Assembly: GCF_006345805.1 (NCBI RefSeq)
Contig: NW_021833564.1
Location: forward strand, 1-28,085
Length of the DNA stretch: 28,085 nt
Reading direction: 5' to 3'
From: Octopus sinensis
Taxonomy: Eukaryota
Shown here: in pieces, positions 11,500-25,467 of the stretch
How the letters are laid out: each line of letters opens with the position of its first letter
How positions within the stretch are numbered: position 1 is the first letter of the stretch
Translations under genes and position numbers: made by a program
Notes under the pieces: generated by a model
What the model saw: only the letters and a program-made list of their open reading frames with translations
Told to the model about the DNA's origin: nothing
Database searches by the model: none

Positions 11500-11700
11500 A
11501 ATATGGGTTGGGTAGTTTGGCAGGAATTGACCAGCCAGAAAACAGTGTTGAGCTCCAGTGTCTGATTTGGTATGGTTTCTATTGCTAGATGCCTTTCCTA
11601 ATGGCCACCACTTTACAGAGTGTACTAGGTGCTTTTTTTGCATAGCACCAACACCAGTGAGGTCAACAAGCAATCAGAAAGATGCCTCAGCTGAGTTTGG
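11500..11700 (-). mobile_element. Diverged SINE 3' portion, same family as 26086-26170
   Basis: GATGCCTTTCCTAATGGCCACCACTTTACAGAGTGTACTAGGTGCTTTTT matches AATGCCCTTCCTAACACCAACCACTCCGTGAGTGTAGTGGGTGCTTTTT at 26131-26179. Confidence 0.7.
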
Positions 11701-11937
11701 TGTTGTATTGAAGGAGGTGGCTTTATGCCAAGTGGTGAGAGATTATAATATGATGGAGAGACAGGAATGCATGTCTTTCTGTGGGGGACATACATGGGAG
11801 ATACGTACCCCAGTTGGGAAAGAGAAAAGATGATGGTGAAGATGTGTCGAGGTATACCCACAGATTACAAGAAGGTGAATGAGAAAATGCTCAAATATTA
11901 CTAAAGACTTAAATAATGTAGCTCCCATAGAAATAGT

Positions 11938-14900
11938 ACTAGAAACCCAGTTCCTATACAGATAAAACTGGAAACCCAGTTCTTATACAGATAAAACTAG
12001 AACCCAGTTCCTATACAGATAAAACTAGAAACCCAGTTCTTATACAGATAAAACTAGAACCAGTTCCTATTACATACAAAAAACTAGAACCCAGTTCCTA
12101 TACAGATAAAACTAGAAGCCCAGTTCCTATACAGATAAAACTAGAACCCAGTTCCTATACAGATAAAACTAGAAACCTAGTTCCTATACAGATAAAACTA
12201 GAAACCTAGTTCCTATACAGATAAAACTAGAAGCCCAGTTCCTATACAGATAAAACTAGAACCCAGTTCCTATACAGATAAAACTAGAAACCCAGTTCCT
12301 ATACATATAAAACTAGAAATCCAGTTCCTATACAGATAAAACTAGAAATCCAGTTCCTATACAGATAAAACTAGAAATCCAGTTCCTATACAGATAAAAC
12401 TAGAAATCCAGTTCCTATACAGATAAAACTAGAAATCCAGTTCCTATACAGATAAAACTAGAAGCCCAGTTCCTATACAGATAAAACTAGAAGCCCAGTT
12501 CCTATAGAGATAAAACTAGAAGCCCAGTTCCTATACAGATAAAACTAGAACCCAGTTCCTATACAGATAAAACTGGAAACTAGTTCCTATACAGATAAAA
12601 CTGGAAACCCAGTTCCTATACAGATAAAACTAGAAATCCAGTTCCTATACAGATAAAAACTAGACCCAGTTCCTATACAGATAAAACTAGAAGCCAAGTT
12701 CCTATACAGATAAAACTGGAAACCCAGTTCCTATACAGATAAAACTGGAAACCCAGTTCCTATACAGATAAAACTAGAAATCCAGTTCCTATACAGATAA
12801 AACTAGAAGCCCAGTTCCTATACAGATAAAACTAGAAACCCAGTTCCTATACAGATAAAACTGGAAACCAGTTCCTATACAGATAAAACTGGAAACCCAG
12901 TTCCTATACAGATAAAACTAGAAATCCAGTTCCGATACAGATAAAACTAGAAGCCCAGTTCCTATACAGATAAAACTAGAACCCAGTTCCTATACAGATA
13001 AAACTAGAACCTAGTTCCTATACAGATAAAACTAGAAACCCAGTTCCTATACAGATAAAACTAGAAACCCTTTCCTATACATTAAAACTAGAAACCCAGT
13101 TCCTAGACAGATAAAACTGGAAACCCAGTCCTATACATATAAAACTAGAAACCCAGTTCCTAGACAGATAAAACTGGAAATCCACTTCCTATACAGATAA
13201 AACTAGAAGCCCAGTTCCTATACAGATAAAACTAGAAACCCAGTTCCTAGACAGATAAAACTGGAAACCCAGTTCCTATACATATAAAACTAGAAACCCA
13301 GTTCCTATACATATAAAACTAGAAATCCAGTTCCTATACAGATAAAACTAGAAATCCAGTTCCTATACAGATAAAACTAGAAATCCAGTTCCTATACAGA
13401 TAAAACTAGAAATCCAGTTCCTATACAGATAAAACTAGAAGCCCAGTTCCTATACAGATAAAACTAGAAGACCAGTTCCTATACATATAAAACTGGAAAC
13501 CCAGTTCCTATACAGATAAAACTAGAAGCCCAGTTCCTATACTTATAAAACTAGAAATCCAGTTCCTATACAGATAAAACTAGAACCCAGTTCCTATACA
13601 GATAAAACTAGAAGCCCAGTTCCTATACATATAAAACTGGAAACCCAGTTCCTATACAGATAAAACTAGAAGCCCAGTTCCTTTACTTATAAAACTAGAA
13701 ATCCAGTTCCTATACAGATAAAACTAGAACCCAGTTCCTATACAGATAAAACTAGAAGCCCAGTTCCTATACATATAAAACTGGAAACCCAGTTCCTATA
13801 CAGATAAAACTAGAAGCCCAGTTCCTATATTTATAAAACTAGAAATTCAGTTCCTATACAGATAAAACTAGAACCCAGTTCCTATACAGATAAAACTAGA
13901 AACCCAGTTCCTATACAGATAAAACTAGAAACCTAGTTCCTATACAGATAAAACTAGAAACCTAGTTCCTATACAGATAAAACTAGAAGCCCAGTTCCTA
14001 TACAGATAAAACTAGAAATTCAGTTCCTATACAGATAAAACTAGAACCCAGTTCCTATACAGATAAAACTAGAAACCCAGTTCCTATACAGATAAAACTA
14101 GAAACCTAGTTCCTATACAGATAAAACTAGAAACCTAGTTCCTATACAGATAAAACTAGAAGCCAGTTCCTATACAGATAAAACTAGAAGCCCAGTTCCT
14201 ATAGAGATAAAACTAGAAGCCCAGTTCCTATACAGATAAAACTAGAAACCAGTTCCTATACAGATAAAACTGGAAACCTAGTTCCTATACAGATATAAAA
14301 CTGGAAACCCAGTTCCTATACAGATAAAACTAGAAATCCAGTTCCTATACAGATATAAAACTAGAACCCAGTTCCTATACAGATAAAACTAGAAGCCAAG
14401 TTCCTATACAGATAAAACTGGAAACCCAGTTCCTATACAGATAAAACTGGAAACCCAGTTCCTATACAGATAAAACTAGAAATCCAGTTCCTATACAGAT
14501 AAAACTAGAAGCCCAGTTCCTATACAGATAAAACTAGAAACCCAGTTCCTATACAGATAAAACTGGAAACCCAGTTCCTATACAGATAAAACTGGAAACC
14601 CAGTTCCTATACAGATAAAACTAGAAATCCAGTTCCGATACAGATAAAACTAGAAGCCCAGTTCCTATACAGATAAAACTAGAAACCCAGTTCCTATACA
14701 GATAAAACTAGAAACCTAGTTCCTATACAGATAAAACTAGAAACCCAGTTCCTATACAGATAAAACTAGAAACCTAGTTCCTATACAGATAAAACTAGAA
14801 GCCAAGTTCCTATACAGATAAAACTGGAAACCCAGTTCCTATACAGATAAAACTAGAAACCCAGTTCCTATACAGATAAAACTGGAAATCCACTTCCTAT

Positions 14901-17900
14901 ACAGATAAAACTAGAAGCCCAGTTCCTATACAGATAAAACTAAAAACCCAGTTCCTATACAGATAAAACTAGAAATCCAATTCCTATACAGATAAAACTA
15001 GAACCCAATTCCTATACAGATAAAACCAGAACCGAGTTCTTATACAGATAAAACTAGAAACCCAGTTCCTGTACAGATAAAACTAGAAATCCACTTCCTA
15101 TATAGATAAAACTAGAAATCCAATCCTATACAGATAAAACTAGAACCCATTCCTATACAGATAAAACTAGAAGCCAGTTCCTATACATATAAAACTGGAA
15201 ACCCAGTCCTATACAGATAAAACTAGAAGCCCAGTTCCTATACTTATAAAACTAGAAATCCCAGTCCTATACAGATATAAAACTAGAACCCAGTTCCTAT
15301 ACAGATAAAACTAGAAGCCCAGTTCCTATACAATAAAACTGGAAACCCAGTTCCTATACAGATAAAACTAGAAGCCCAGTTCTTCTATTTATAAAACTAG
15401 AAATCAGTTCCTATACAGATAAAACTAGAACCCAGTTCCTATACAGATAAAACTAGAAACCCAGTTCTATACAGATAAAACTAGAAACCTAGTTCCTTAC
15501 AGATAAAACTAGAAACCTAGTTCCTATACAGATAAAACTAGAAGCCCAGTTCCTATACAGATAAAACTAGAAATTCAGTTCCTATACAGATAAAACTAGA
15601 ACCCAGTTCCTATACAGATAAAACTAGAAACCCAGTTCCTATACAGATAAAACTAGAAACCTAGTTCCTATACAGATAAAACTAGAAACCTAGTTCCTAT
15701 ACAGATAAAACTAGAAGCCCAGTTCCTATACAGATAAAACTAGAAGCCCAGTTCCTATAGAGATAAAACTAGAAGCCCAGTTCCTATACAGATAAAACTA
15801 GAAACCCAGTTCCTATACAGATAAAACTGGAAACCTAGTTCCTATGCAGATAAAACTGGAAACCAGTTCCTATACAGAGAAAAACTAGAAATCCAGTTCC
15901 TATACAGATAAAACTAGAACCCAGTTCCTATACAGATAAAACTAGAAGCCAAGTTCCTATACAGATAAAACTGGAAACCCGTTCCTATACAGATAAAACT
16001 AGAAGCCCGTTTCCTATACTTATAACTAGAAATCCAGTTCCTATACAGATAAAACTAGAACCCAGTTCCTATACAGATAAACTAGAAGCCCATTCCTATA
16101 CATATAAAACTGGAAACCCAGTTCCTATACAGATAAAACTAGAAGCCCAGTTCCTATATTTATAAAACTAGAAATTCAGTTCCTATACAGATAAAACTAG
16201 AACCCAGTCCTATACAGATAAAACTAGAACCATCTATACAGATAAACTAGAAACCTAGTTCCTATACAGATAAAACTAGAAACCTAGTTCCTATACAGAT
16301 AAAACTAGAAGCCCAGTTCCTATACAGATAAAACTAAAATTCAGTTCCTATACAGATAAAACTAGAACCCAGTTCCTATACAGATAAAACTAGAAACCCA
16401 GTTCCTATACAGATAAAACTAGAACCTAGTTCCTATACAAGATAAATAAAACCTAGTTCCTATACAGATAAAACTAGAAGCCCAGTTCCTATACAGATAA
16501 AACTAGAAGCCCAGTTCCTATAGAGATAAAACTAGAAGCCCAGTTCCTATACAGATAAAACTAGAAACCCAGTTCCTATACAGATAAAACTGGAAACCTA
16601 GTTCCTATACAGATAAAACTGGAAAACCATTCCTATACAGATAAAACTAGAAATCCAGTTCCTATACAGATAAAATAGAACCCAGTTCCTTACAGATAAA
16701 ACTAGAGCCAAGTTCCTATACAGATAAAACTGGAAACCCGTTCCTATACAGATAAAACTGGAAACCCAGTTCCTATACAGATAAAACTAGAAATCCAGTT
16801 CCTATACAGATAAAACAGAAGCCCAGTTCCTATACAGATAAAACTAGAAACCCAGTTCCTATACAGATAAAACTGGAAACCCAGTTCCTATACAGATAAA
16901 ACTGGAAACCCATTTCCTATACAGATAAAACTAGAAATCCAGTTCCTATACAGATAAACTAGAAGCCCAGTTCCTATACAGATAAAACTAGAAACCCAGT
17001 TCCTATACAGATAAAACTAGAAACCTAGTTCCTATACATAAAAACTAGAAACCCAGTTCCTATACAGATAAACTAGAAACCTAGTTCCTATACAGATAAA
17101 CTAGAAGCCAAGTTCCTATACAGATAAACCTGGAAAACCCAGTTCCTATACAGATAAAACTAGAAACCCAGTTCCTATACAGATAAAACTGGAAATCCAC
17201 TTCCTATACAGATAAACTAGAAGCCCAGTTCCTATACAGAAATAAAAACCCAGTTCCTATACAGATAAAACTAGAAATCCAATTCCTATACAGATAAAAC
17301 TAGAACCCAGTTCCTATACAGATAAAACCAGAACCGAGTTCTTATACAGATAAAACTAGAAACCCAGTTCCTATACAGATAAAACTAGAAATCCACTTCC
17401 TATATAGATAAAACTAGAAATCCACTTCCTATACAGATAAAACTAGAACCCAGTTCCTATACAGATAAAACTGGAAACCCAGTTCTTATACAGATAAAAC
17501 TAGAACCCAGTTCCTATACAGATAAAACTAGAAACCCAGTTCTTATACAGATAAAACTAGAACCCAGTTCCTATACAGATAAAACTAGAACCCAGTTCCT
17601 ATACAGATAAAACTAGAAGCCCAGTTCCTATACAGATAAAACTAGAACCCAGTTCCTATACAGATAAAACTAGAAACCTAGTTCCTATACAGATAAAACT
17701 AGAAACCTAGTTCCTATACAGATAAAACTAGAAGCCCAGTTCCTATACAGATAAAACTAGAACCCAGTTCCTATACAGATAAAACTAGAAACCCAGTTCC
17801 TATACATATAAAACTAGAAATCCAGTTCCTATACAGATAAAACTAGAAATCCAGTTCCTATACAGATAAAACTAGAAATCCAGTTCCTATACAGATAAAC

Positions 17901-20900
17901 TAGAATCCAGTTCCTATACAGATAAACTAGAAATCCAGTTCCTATACAGATAAAACTAGAAATCCAGTTCCTATACAGATAAAACTAGAAATCCAGTTCC
18001 TATACAGATAAAACTAGAAACCCAGTTCCTATACATATAAAACTAGAAACCCAGTTCCTATACAGATAAAACTGGAAACCCAGTTCCTATACATATAAAA
18101 CTAGAAGCCCAGTTCCTAGACAGATAAAACTGGAAACCCAGTTCCTATACAGATAAAACTAGAAGCCCAGTTCCTATACAGATAAAACTAGAAACCCAGT
18201 TCCTATACATATAAAACTAGAAACCCAGTTCCTAGACAGATAAAACTGGAAACCCAGTTCCTATACATATAAAACTAGAAACCCAGTTCCTAGACAGATA
18301 AAACTGGAAATCCACTTCCTATACAGATAAAACTAGAAGCCCAGTTCCTATACAGATAAAACTAGAAACCCAGTTCCTCTACATATAAAACTAGAAACCC
18401 AGTTCCTATACATATAAAACTAGAAACCCAGTTCCTATACAATAAAACTAGAAATCCATTCCTATACAGATAAAACTAGAAATCCATTCCTATACAGATA
18501 AAACTAGAAATCCAGTTCCTATACAGATAAAACTAGAAGCCCAGTTCCTATACAGATAAAACTAGAAGACCAGTTCCTATACATATAAAACTGGAAACCC
18601 AGTTCCTATACAGATAAAACTAGAAGCCCAGTTCCTAGACAGATAAAACTGGAAACCCAGTTCCTATACATATAAAACTAGAAACCCAGTTCCTAGACAG
18701 ATAAAACTGGAAATCCACTTCCTATACAGATAAAACTAGAAGCCCAGTTCCTATACAGATAAAACTAGAAACCCAGTTCCTCTACATATAAAACTAGAAA
18801 CCAAGTTCCTATACATATAAAACTAGAAACCCAGTTCCTATACATATAAAACTAGAAATCCAGTTCCTATACAGATAAAACTAGAAATCCAGTTCCTATA
18901 CAGATAAAACTAGAAATCCAGTTCCTATACAGATAAAACTAGAAGCCCAGTTCCTATACAGATAAAACTAGAAGACCAGTTCCTATACATATAAAACTGG
19001 AAACCCAGTTCCTATACAGATAAAACTAGAAGCCCAGTTCCTATACTTATAAAACTAGAAATCCAGTTCCTATACAGATAAAACTAGAACCCAGTTCCTA
19101 TACAGATAAAACTAGAAGCCCAGTTCCTATAACATAAAAACTGGAAACCCAGTTCCTATACATAAAAACTAGAAGCCCAGTTCCTATACTTATAAAACTA
19201 GAAATCCAGTTCCTATACAGATAAAACTAGAACCCAGTTCCTATACAGATAAAACTAGAAGCCCAGTTCCTATACATATAAAACTGAAAACCCAGTTCCT
19301 ATACAGATAAAACTAGAAGCCCAGTTCCTATATTATAAAACTAGAAATTCAGTTCCTATACAGTAAAACTAGAACCCAGTTCCTATACAGATAAAACTAG
19401 AACCCAGTTCCTATACAGATAAAACTAGAAACCTAGTTCCTATACAGATAAAACTAGAAACCTAGTTCCTATACAGATAAAACTAGAAGCCCAGTTCCTA
19501 TACAGATAAAACTAGAAATTCAGTTCCTATACAGATAAAACTAGAACTCAGTTCCTATACAGATAAAACTAGAAACCCAGTTCCTATACAGATAAAACTA
19601 GAAACCTAGTTCCTATACAGATAAAACTAGAAACCTAGTTCCTATACAGATAAAACTAGAAGCCCAGTTCCTATACAGATAAAACTAGAAATTCAGTTCC
19701 TATACAGATAAAACTAGAACTCAGTTCCTATACAGATAAAACTAGAAACCAGTTCCTATACAGATAAAACTAGAAACCTAGTTCCTATACAGATAAAACT
19801 AGAAACCTAGTTCCTATACAGATAAAACTAGAAGCCCAGTTCCTATACAGATAAAACTAGAAGCCAGTTCCTATACAGATAAAACTAGAAGCCCAGTTCC
19901 TATAGAGATAAAACTAGAAGCCCAGTTCCTATACAGATAAAACTAGAAACCCAGTTCCTATACAGATAAAACTGGAAACCTAGTTCCTATACAGATAAAA
20001 CTGGAAACCCAGTTCCTATACAGATAAAACTAGAAATCCAGTTCCTATACAGAAAAACTAGAACCCAGTTCCTATACAGATAAAACTAGAAGCCAAGTTC
20101 CTATACAGATAAAACTGGAAACCCAGTTCCTATACAGATAAAACTGGAAACCCAGTTCCTATACAGATAAAACTAGAAATCCAGTTCCTATACAGATAAA
20201 ACTAGAAGCCCAGTTCCTATACAGATAAAACTAGAAACCCAGTTCCTATACAGATAAAACTGGAAACCAGTTCCTATACAGATAAAACTGGAAACCCAGT
20301 TCCTATACAGATAAAACTAGAAATCCAGTTCCTATACAGATAAAACTAGAAGCCCAGTTCCTATACAGATAAAACTAGAAACCCAGTTCCTATACAGATA
20401 AACTAGAAACCTAGTTCCTATACAGAAAAACTAGAAACCAGTTCCTATACAGATAAACTAGAAACCTAGTTCCTATACAGATAAAACTAGAAGCCAAGTT
20501 CTTATACAGATAAAACTGGAAACCCAGTTCCTATACAGATAAAACTAGAAACCCAGTTCCTATACAGATAAAACTAGAGCCCAGTTCCTATACAGATAAA
20601 ACTAGAAGCCCAGTTTATACATATAAAACTGGAAACCCAGTTCCTATACAGATAAAACTAGAAGCCCAGTTCCTATATTTATAAAACTAGAAATTCAGTT
20701 CCTATACAGATAAAACTAGAACCCAGTTCCTATACAGATAAAACTAGAAACCCAGTTCCTATACAGATAAAACTAGAAACCTAGTTCCTATACAGATAAA
20801 ACTAGAAATCCAGTTCCTATACAGATAAAACTAGAACCCAGTTCCTATACAGATAAAACTAGAAGCCCAGTTCCTATACATATAAAACTGGAAACCCAGT

Positions 20901-23722
20901 TCCTATACAGATAAAACTAGAAGCCCAGTTCCTATACTTATAAAACTAGAAATCCAGTTCCTATACAGATAAAACTAGAACCCAGTTCCTATACAGATAA
21001 AACTAGAAGCCCAGTTCCTATACATATAAAACTGGAAACCCAGTTCCTATACAGATAAAACTAGAAGCCCAGTTCCTATATTTATAAAACTAGAAATTCA
21101 GTTCCTATACAGATAAAACTAGAACCCAGTTCCTATACAGATAAAACTAGAAACCCAGTTCCTATACAGATAAAACTAGAAACCTAGTTCCTATACAGAT
21201 AAAACTAGAAACCTAGTTCCTATACAGATAAAACTAGAAGCCCAGTTCCTATACAGATAAAACTAGAAATTCAGTTCCTATACAGATAAAACTAGAACTC
21301 AGTTCCTATACAGATAAAACTAGAAACCCAGTTCCTATACAGATAAAACTAGAAACCTAGTTCCTATACAGATAAAACTAGAAACCTAGTTCCTATACAG
21401 ATAAAACTAGAAGCCCAGTTCCTATACAGATAAAACTAGAAATTCAGTTCCTATACAGATAAAACTAGAACTCAGTTCCTATACAGATAAAACTAGAAAC
21501 CCAGTTCCTATACAGATAAAACTAGAAACCTAGTTCCTATACAGATAAAACTAGAAACCTAGTTCCTATACAGATAAAACTAGAAGCCCAGTTCCTATAC
21601 AGATAAAACTAGAAGCCCAGTTCCTATACAGATAAAACTAGAAGCCCAGTTCCTATAGAGATAAAACTAGAAGCCCAGTTCCTATACAGATAAAACTAGA
21701 AACCCAGTTCCTATACAGATAAAACTGGAAACCTAGTTCCTATACAGATAAAACTGGAAACCCAGTTCCTATACAGATAAAACTAGAAATCCAGTTCCTA
21801 TACAGATAAAACTAGAACCCAGTTCCTATACAGATAAAACTAGAAGCCAAGTTCCTATACAGATAAAACTGGAAACCCAGTTCCTATACAGATAAAACTG
21901 GAAACCCAGTTCCTATACAGATAAAACTAGAAATCCAGTTCCTATACAGATAAAACTAGAAGCCCAGTTCCTATACAGATAAAACTAGAAACCCAGTTCC
22001 TATACAGATAAAACTGGAAACCCAGTTCCTATACAGATAAAACTGGAAACCCAGTTCCTATACAGATAAAACTAGAAATCCAGTTCCTATACAGATAAAA
22101 CTAGAAGCCCAGTCCTATACAGATAAAACTAGAACCCAGTTCCTATACAGATAAACTAGAAAACTAGTTCCTATACAGATAAAACTAGAACCCAGTTCCT
22201 ATACAGATAAAACTAGAAACCTAGTTCCTATACAGATAAAACTAGAAGCCAAGTTCTTATACAGATAAAACTGGAAACCCAGTTCCTATACAGATAAAAC
22301 TAGAAACCCAGTTCCTATACAGATAAAACTAGAAGCCCAGTTCCTATACAGATAAAACTAGAAGCCCAGTTCCTATACATATAAAACTGGAAACCCAGTT
22401 CCTATACAGATAAAACTAGAAGCCCAGTTCCTATATTTATAAAACTAGAAATTCAGTTCCTATACAGATAAAACTAGAACCCAGTTCCTATACAGATAAA
22501 ACTAGAAACCCAGTTCCTATACAGATAAAACTAGAAACCTAGTTCCTATACAGATAAAACTAGAAACCTAGTTCCTATGCAGATAAAACTAGAAGCCCAG
22601 TTCCTATACAGATAAAACTAGAAGCCCAGTTCCTATAGAGATAAAACTAGAAGCCCAGTTCCTATACAGATAAAACTAGAAACCCAGTTCCTATACAGAT
22701 AAAACTGGAAACCTAGTTCCTATGCAGATAAAACTGGAAACCCAGTTCCTATACAGATAAAACTAGAAATCCAGTTCCTATACAGATAAAACTAGAACCC
22801 AGTTCCTATACAGATAAAACTAGAAGCCAAGTTCCTATACAGATAAAACTGGAAACCCAGTTCCTATACAGATAAAACTGGAAACCCAGTTCCTATACAG
22901 ATAAAACTAGAAATCCAGTTCCTATACAGATAAAACTAGAAGCCCAGTTCTATACAGAATAAAACTAGAAACCCCAGTTCCTATACAGATAAAACTGGAA
23001 CCCAGTTCCTATACAGATAAAACTGGAAACCCAGTTCCTATACAGATAAAACTAGAAATCCAGTTCCTATACAGATAAAACTAGAAGCCCAGTTCCTATA
23101 CAGATAAAACTAGAAACCCAGTTCCTATACAGATAAAACTAGAAACCTAGTTCCTATACAGATAAAACTAGAAACCCAGTTCCTATACAGATAAAACTAG
23201 AAACCTAGTTCCTATACAGATAAAACTAGAAGCCAAGTTCCTATACAGATAAAACTGGAAACCCAGTTCCTATACAGATAAAACTAGAAACCCAGTTCCT
23301 ATACAGATAAAACTGGAAATCCACTTCCTATACAGATAAAACTAGAAGCCCAGTTCCTATACAGATAAAACTAAAAACCCAGTTCCTATACAGATAAAAC
23401 TAGAAATCCAATTCCTATACAGATAAAACTAGAACCCAGTTCCTATACAGATAAAACCAGAACCGAGTTCTTATACAGATAAAACTAGAAACCCAGTTCC
23501 TATACAGATAAAACTAGAAATCCACTTTCTCTACAGATAAAACTGGAAACCCAGTTCCTCTACAGATAAAACTAGAAGCCTAGTTCCTATACAGACAAAA
23601 CTAGAAGCCCAGTTCCTATACAGATAAAACTAGAAATCCACTTCCTATATAGATAAAACTAGAAATCCACTTCCTATACAGATAAAACTAGAAACCCAGT
23701 TCCTATACAGATAAAACTAGAA
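11938..23722. repeat. 29-bp tandem satellite, about 400-410 units, consensus CTAGAAACCCAGTTCCTATACAGATAAAA, with higher-order structure
   Basis: Uninterrupted head-to-tail units without spacers; recurrent variants appear in conserved order. The unit count is length divided by 29. Confidence 0.99.
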
Positions 23723-24640
23723 GGGGAAAACTGTAGATAGTAAAAATCATTGTAGTTCCACTGGCAAGTTTTTGTGAAGAATAATGATTAAGGAAAGAAT
23801 TCTGGGTGTCTAAGTAGGATAAAATCAAATCCAGAAACTGTCTTTTATTATGCACATGAGTTCCTAGCTTTGAAATAAAAATCAGTCTTCTTCAGTCTAA
23901 AGATGATTTGTATATAATTGATCCTTCATGGATTTGTCATCTGCTATCTGAAAGCATTTTTTTCCTACCAAATAAAGAGAAACTTATTGAATACTCTGAT
24001 ATATTCTATCAGAATGACAGTTTTGCATAGCAACCAAATACATGCAATCTCAAACAGAAAATGGCATAATTCAATTAATAAGTTATCTTGACACAATCTC
24101 TGCCCCTGAAACAGATGGCTTTCTTAGAATCCTGTTATGCCAGCTTTGCTAATACCTCTGAAAATATTCTATCAGAGATATTTAGGCACTAAATGACAAC
24201 CGGAAATATTGAAAGAAGAATAACAACACCCATTCATAAAATAGTAGAAGGACACAAAGGCACAATTACAGACCCGTGTTGCATTCCACCATTTAAAAGT
24301 CCAGGGAAGAATCATATGTGGAACTGTAATAAACTTTGTAGGCTAACCCAAACTTTTTAAGAACATCCAGACAGCTTCTGCCTTGGAAGAAACTGTCTGG
24401 CACAGCTTCTATGAAAAACGCAGCCTAGCCTAATTCTAAAGATTCTTCTTTCGAGATCAAGTGTTGACTGTGTAATATCTTTAATTAACCATGTTTTCTT
24501 TAAGCATGTTTTCTTTAAGCTATTCACAACTCTTAGCAACAGTGATGTTACTCTAGAAATCATTTATTTTGAGCAGGTTGGATTATTTACTCACAATTAT
24601 GCCCTGGCAGTAGCCCAGGCTTTACTTACCAACTGGAGAG
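23723..24640 (+). mobile_element. Decayed CR1-group LINE ORF2 (reverse transcriptase region)
   Basis: Motifs in the expected order despite stops and frameshifts: IKSNP (23819), SAPETDG (24099), TPIHK (24226), NYRPV (24264), FCLGRNCLAQLL (24376; compare GFRxGRSCLTQLL). Confidence 0.85.
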
Positions 24641-24682
24641 ATACAGAAAAGTGATCTCAAAAAAAAAAGAATAGAGACCATA

Positions 24683-25077
24683 GGCGCATGAGTGGCTGTG
24701 TGGTAAGTAGCTTGCTCACCAACCACATGGTTCCTGGTTCAGTCCCTCTGCGTGGCACCTTGGGCAAGTGTCTTCTTCTATAGCCTCGGGCCGACCAAAG
24801 CCTTGTGAGTGGATTTGGTAGACGGAAACTGAAAGAAGCCCGTCGTATATATGTATATTATTTATATATATGCGTGTGTGTGTCTGTGTTTGTCCTCGTA
24901 GCATTGCTTGACAACTGATGCTAGTGTGTTTATGTCCCCGTCACTTAGCAGTTCGGCAAAAGAGACCGATAGAATAAGTACTGGGCTTACAAAGAATAAG
25001 TCCCGGGGTCGAGTTGCTCGACTAAAAGGCGGTGCTCCAGCATGGCCGCAGTCAAATGACTGAAACAAGTAAAAGAA
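24683..25077 (+). mobile_element. Full-length tRNA-derived SINE with CORE-like domain
   Basis: A box TGGCTGTGTGG, B box GGTTCAGTCCC, CACCTTGGGCAAGT CORE-like motif, internal microsatellite and A-rich tail; colinear with 25468-25902. Confidence 0.92.
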
Positions 25078-25467
25078 GAAAAAAAAGAATTGCTACTGTG
25101 AATTACATCTCGATACATCAGGGACTTGATCAAGGACCTGTATTACAACAGTTAAAGGTCCTCAATTATATAATTGTATTCCAAGAGAATTTGATAATGT
25201 AACCAAATTTTTTTGGTGATTCTTTCAAAAATGCATTTGGATGTATTTCTCTCTTACAATCCATTTTTTGCTAAAGACAAGAACTAAAGCAGAGTTGGCA
25301 CCGTAAATTCACCGATTCACCAATCAGTAATGTCACACGCATTCATAAACCCCACAAAAATATTGAAACCCTGAAAATGTGTAGAGACAATGTTAAAACC
25401 ATAAAACCTTCAACTATGAAGACAGTGCTCCAGCTTGGCCTTGGGCCTGATCGGCTATGACAAATTA

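Noticed and set aside
11938-23722. CRISPR-like array (29-bp partly palindromic repeat)
   Set aside because: Units are contiguous with no unique spacers, no cas genes are present, and the context is eukaryotic.
11938-23722. Repetitive protein-coding region
   Set aside because: The 29-bp period cycles TAA/TAG through all frames, TAG also occurs on the minus strand, and the track shows no ORF.
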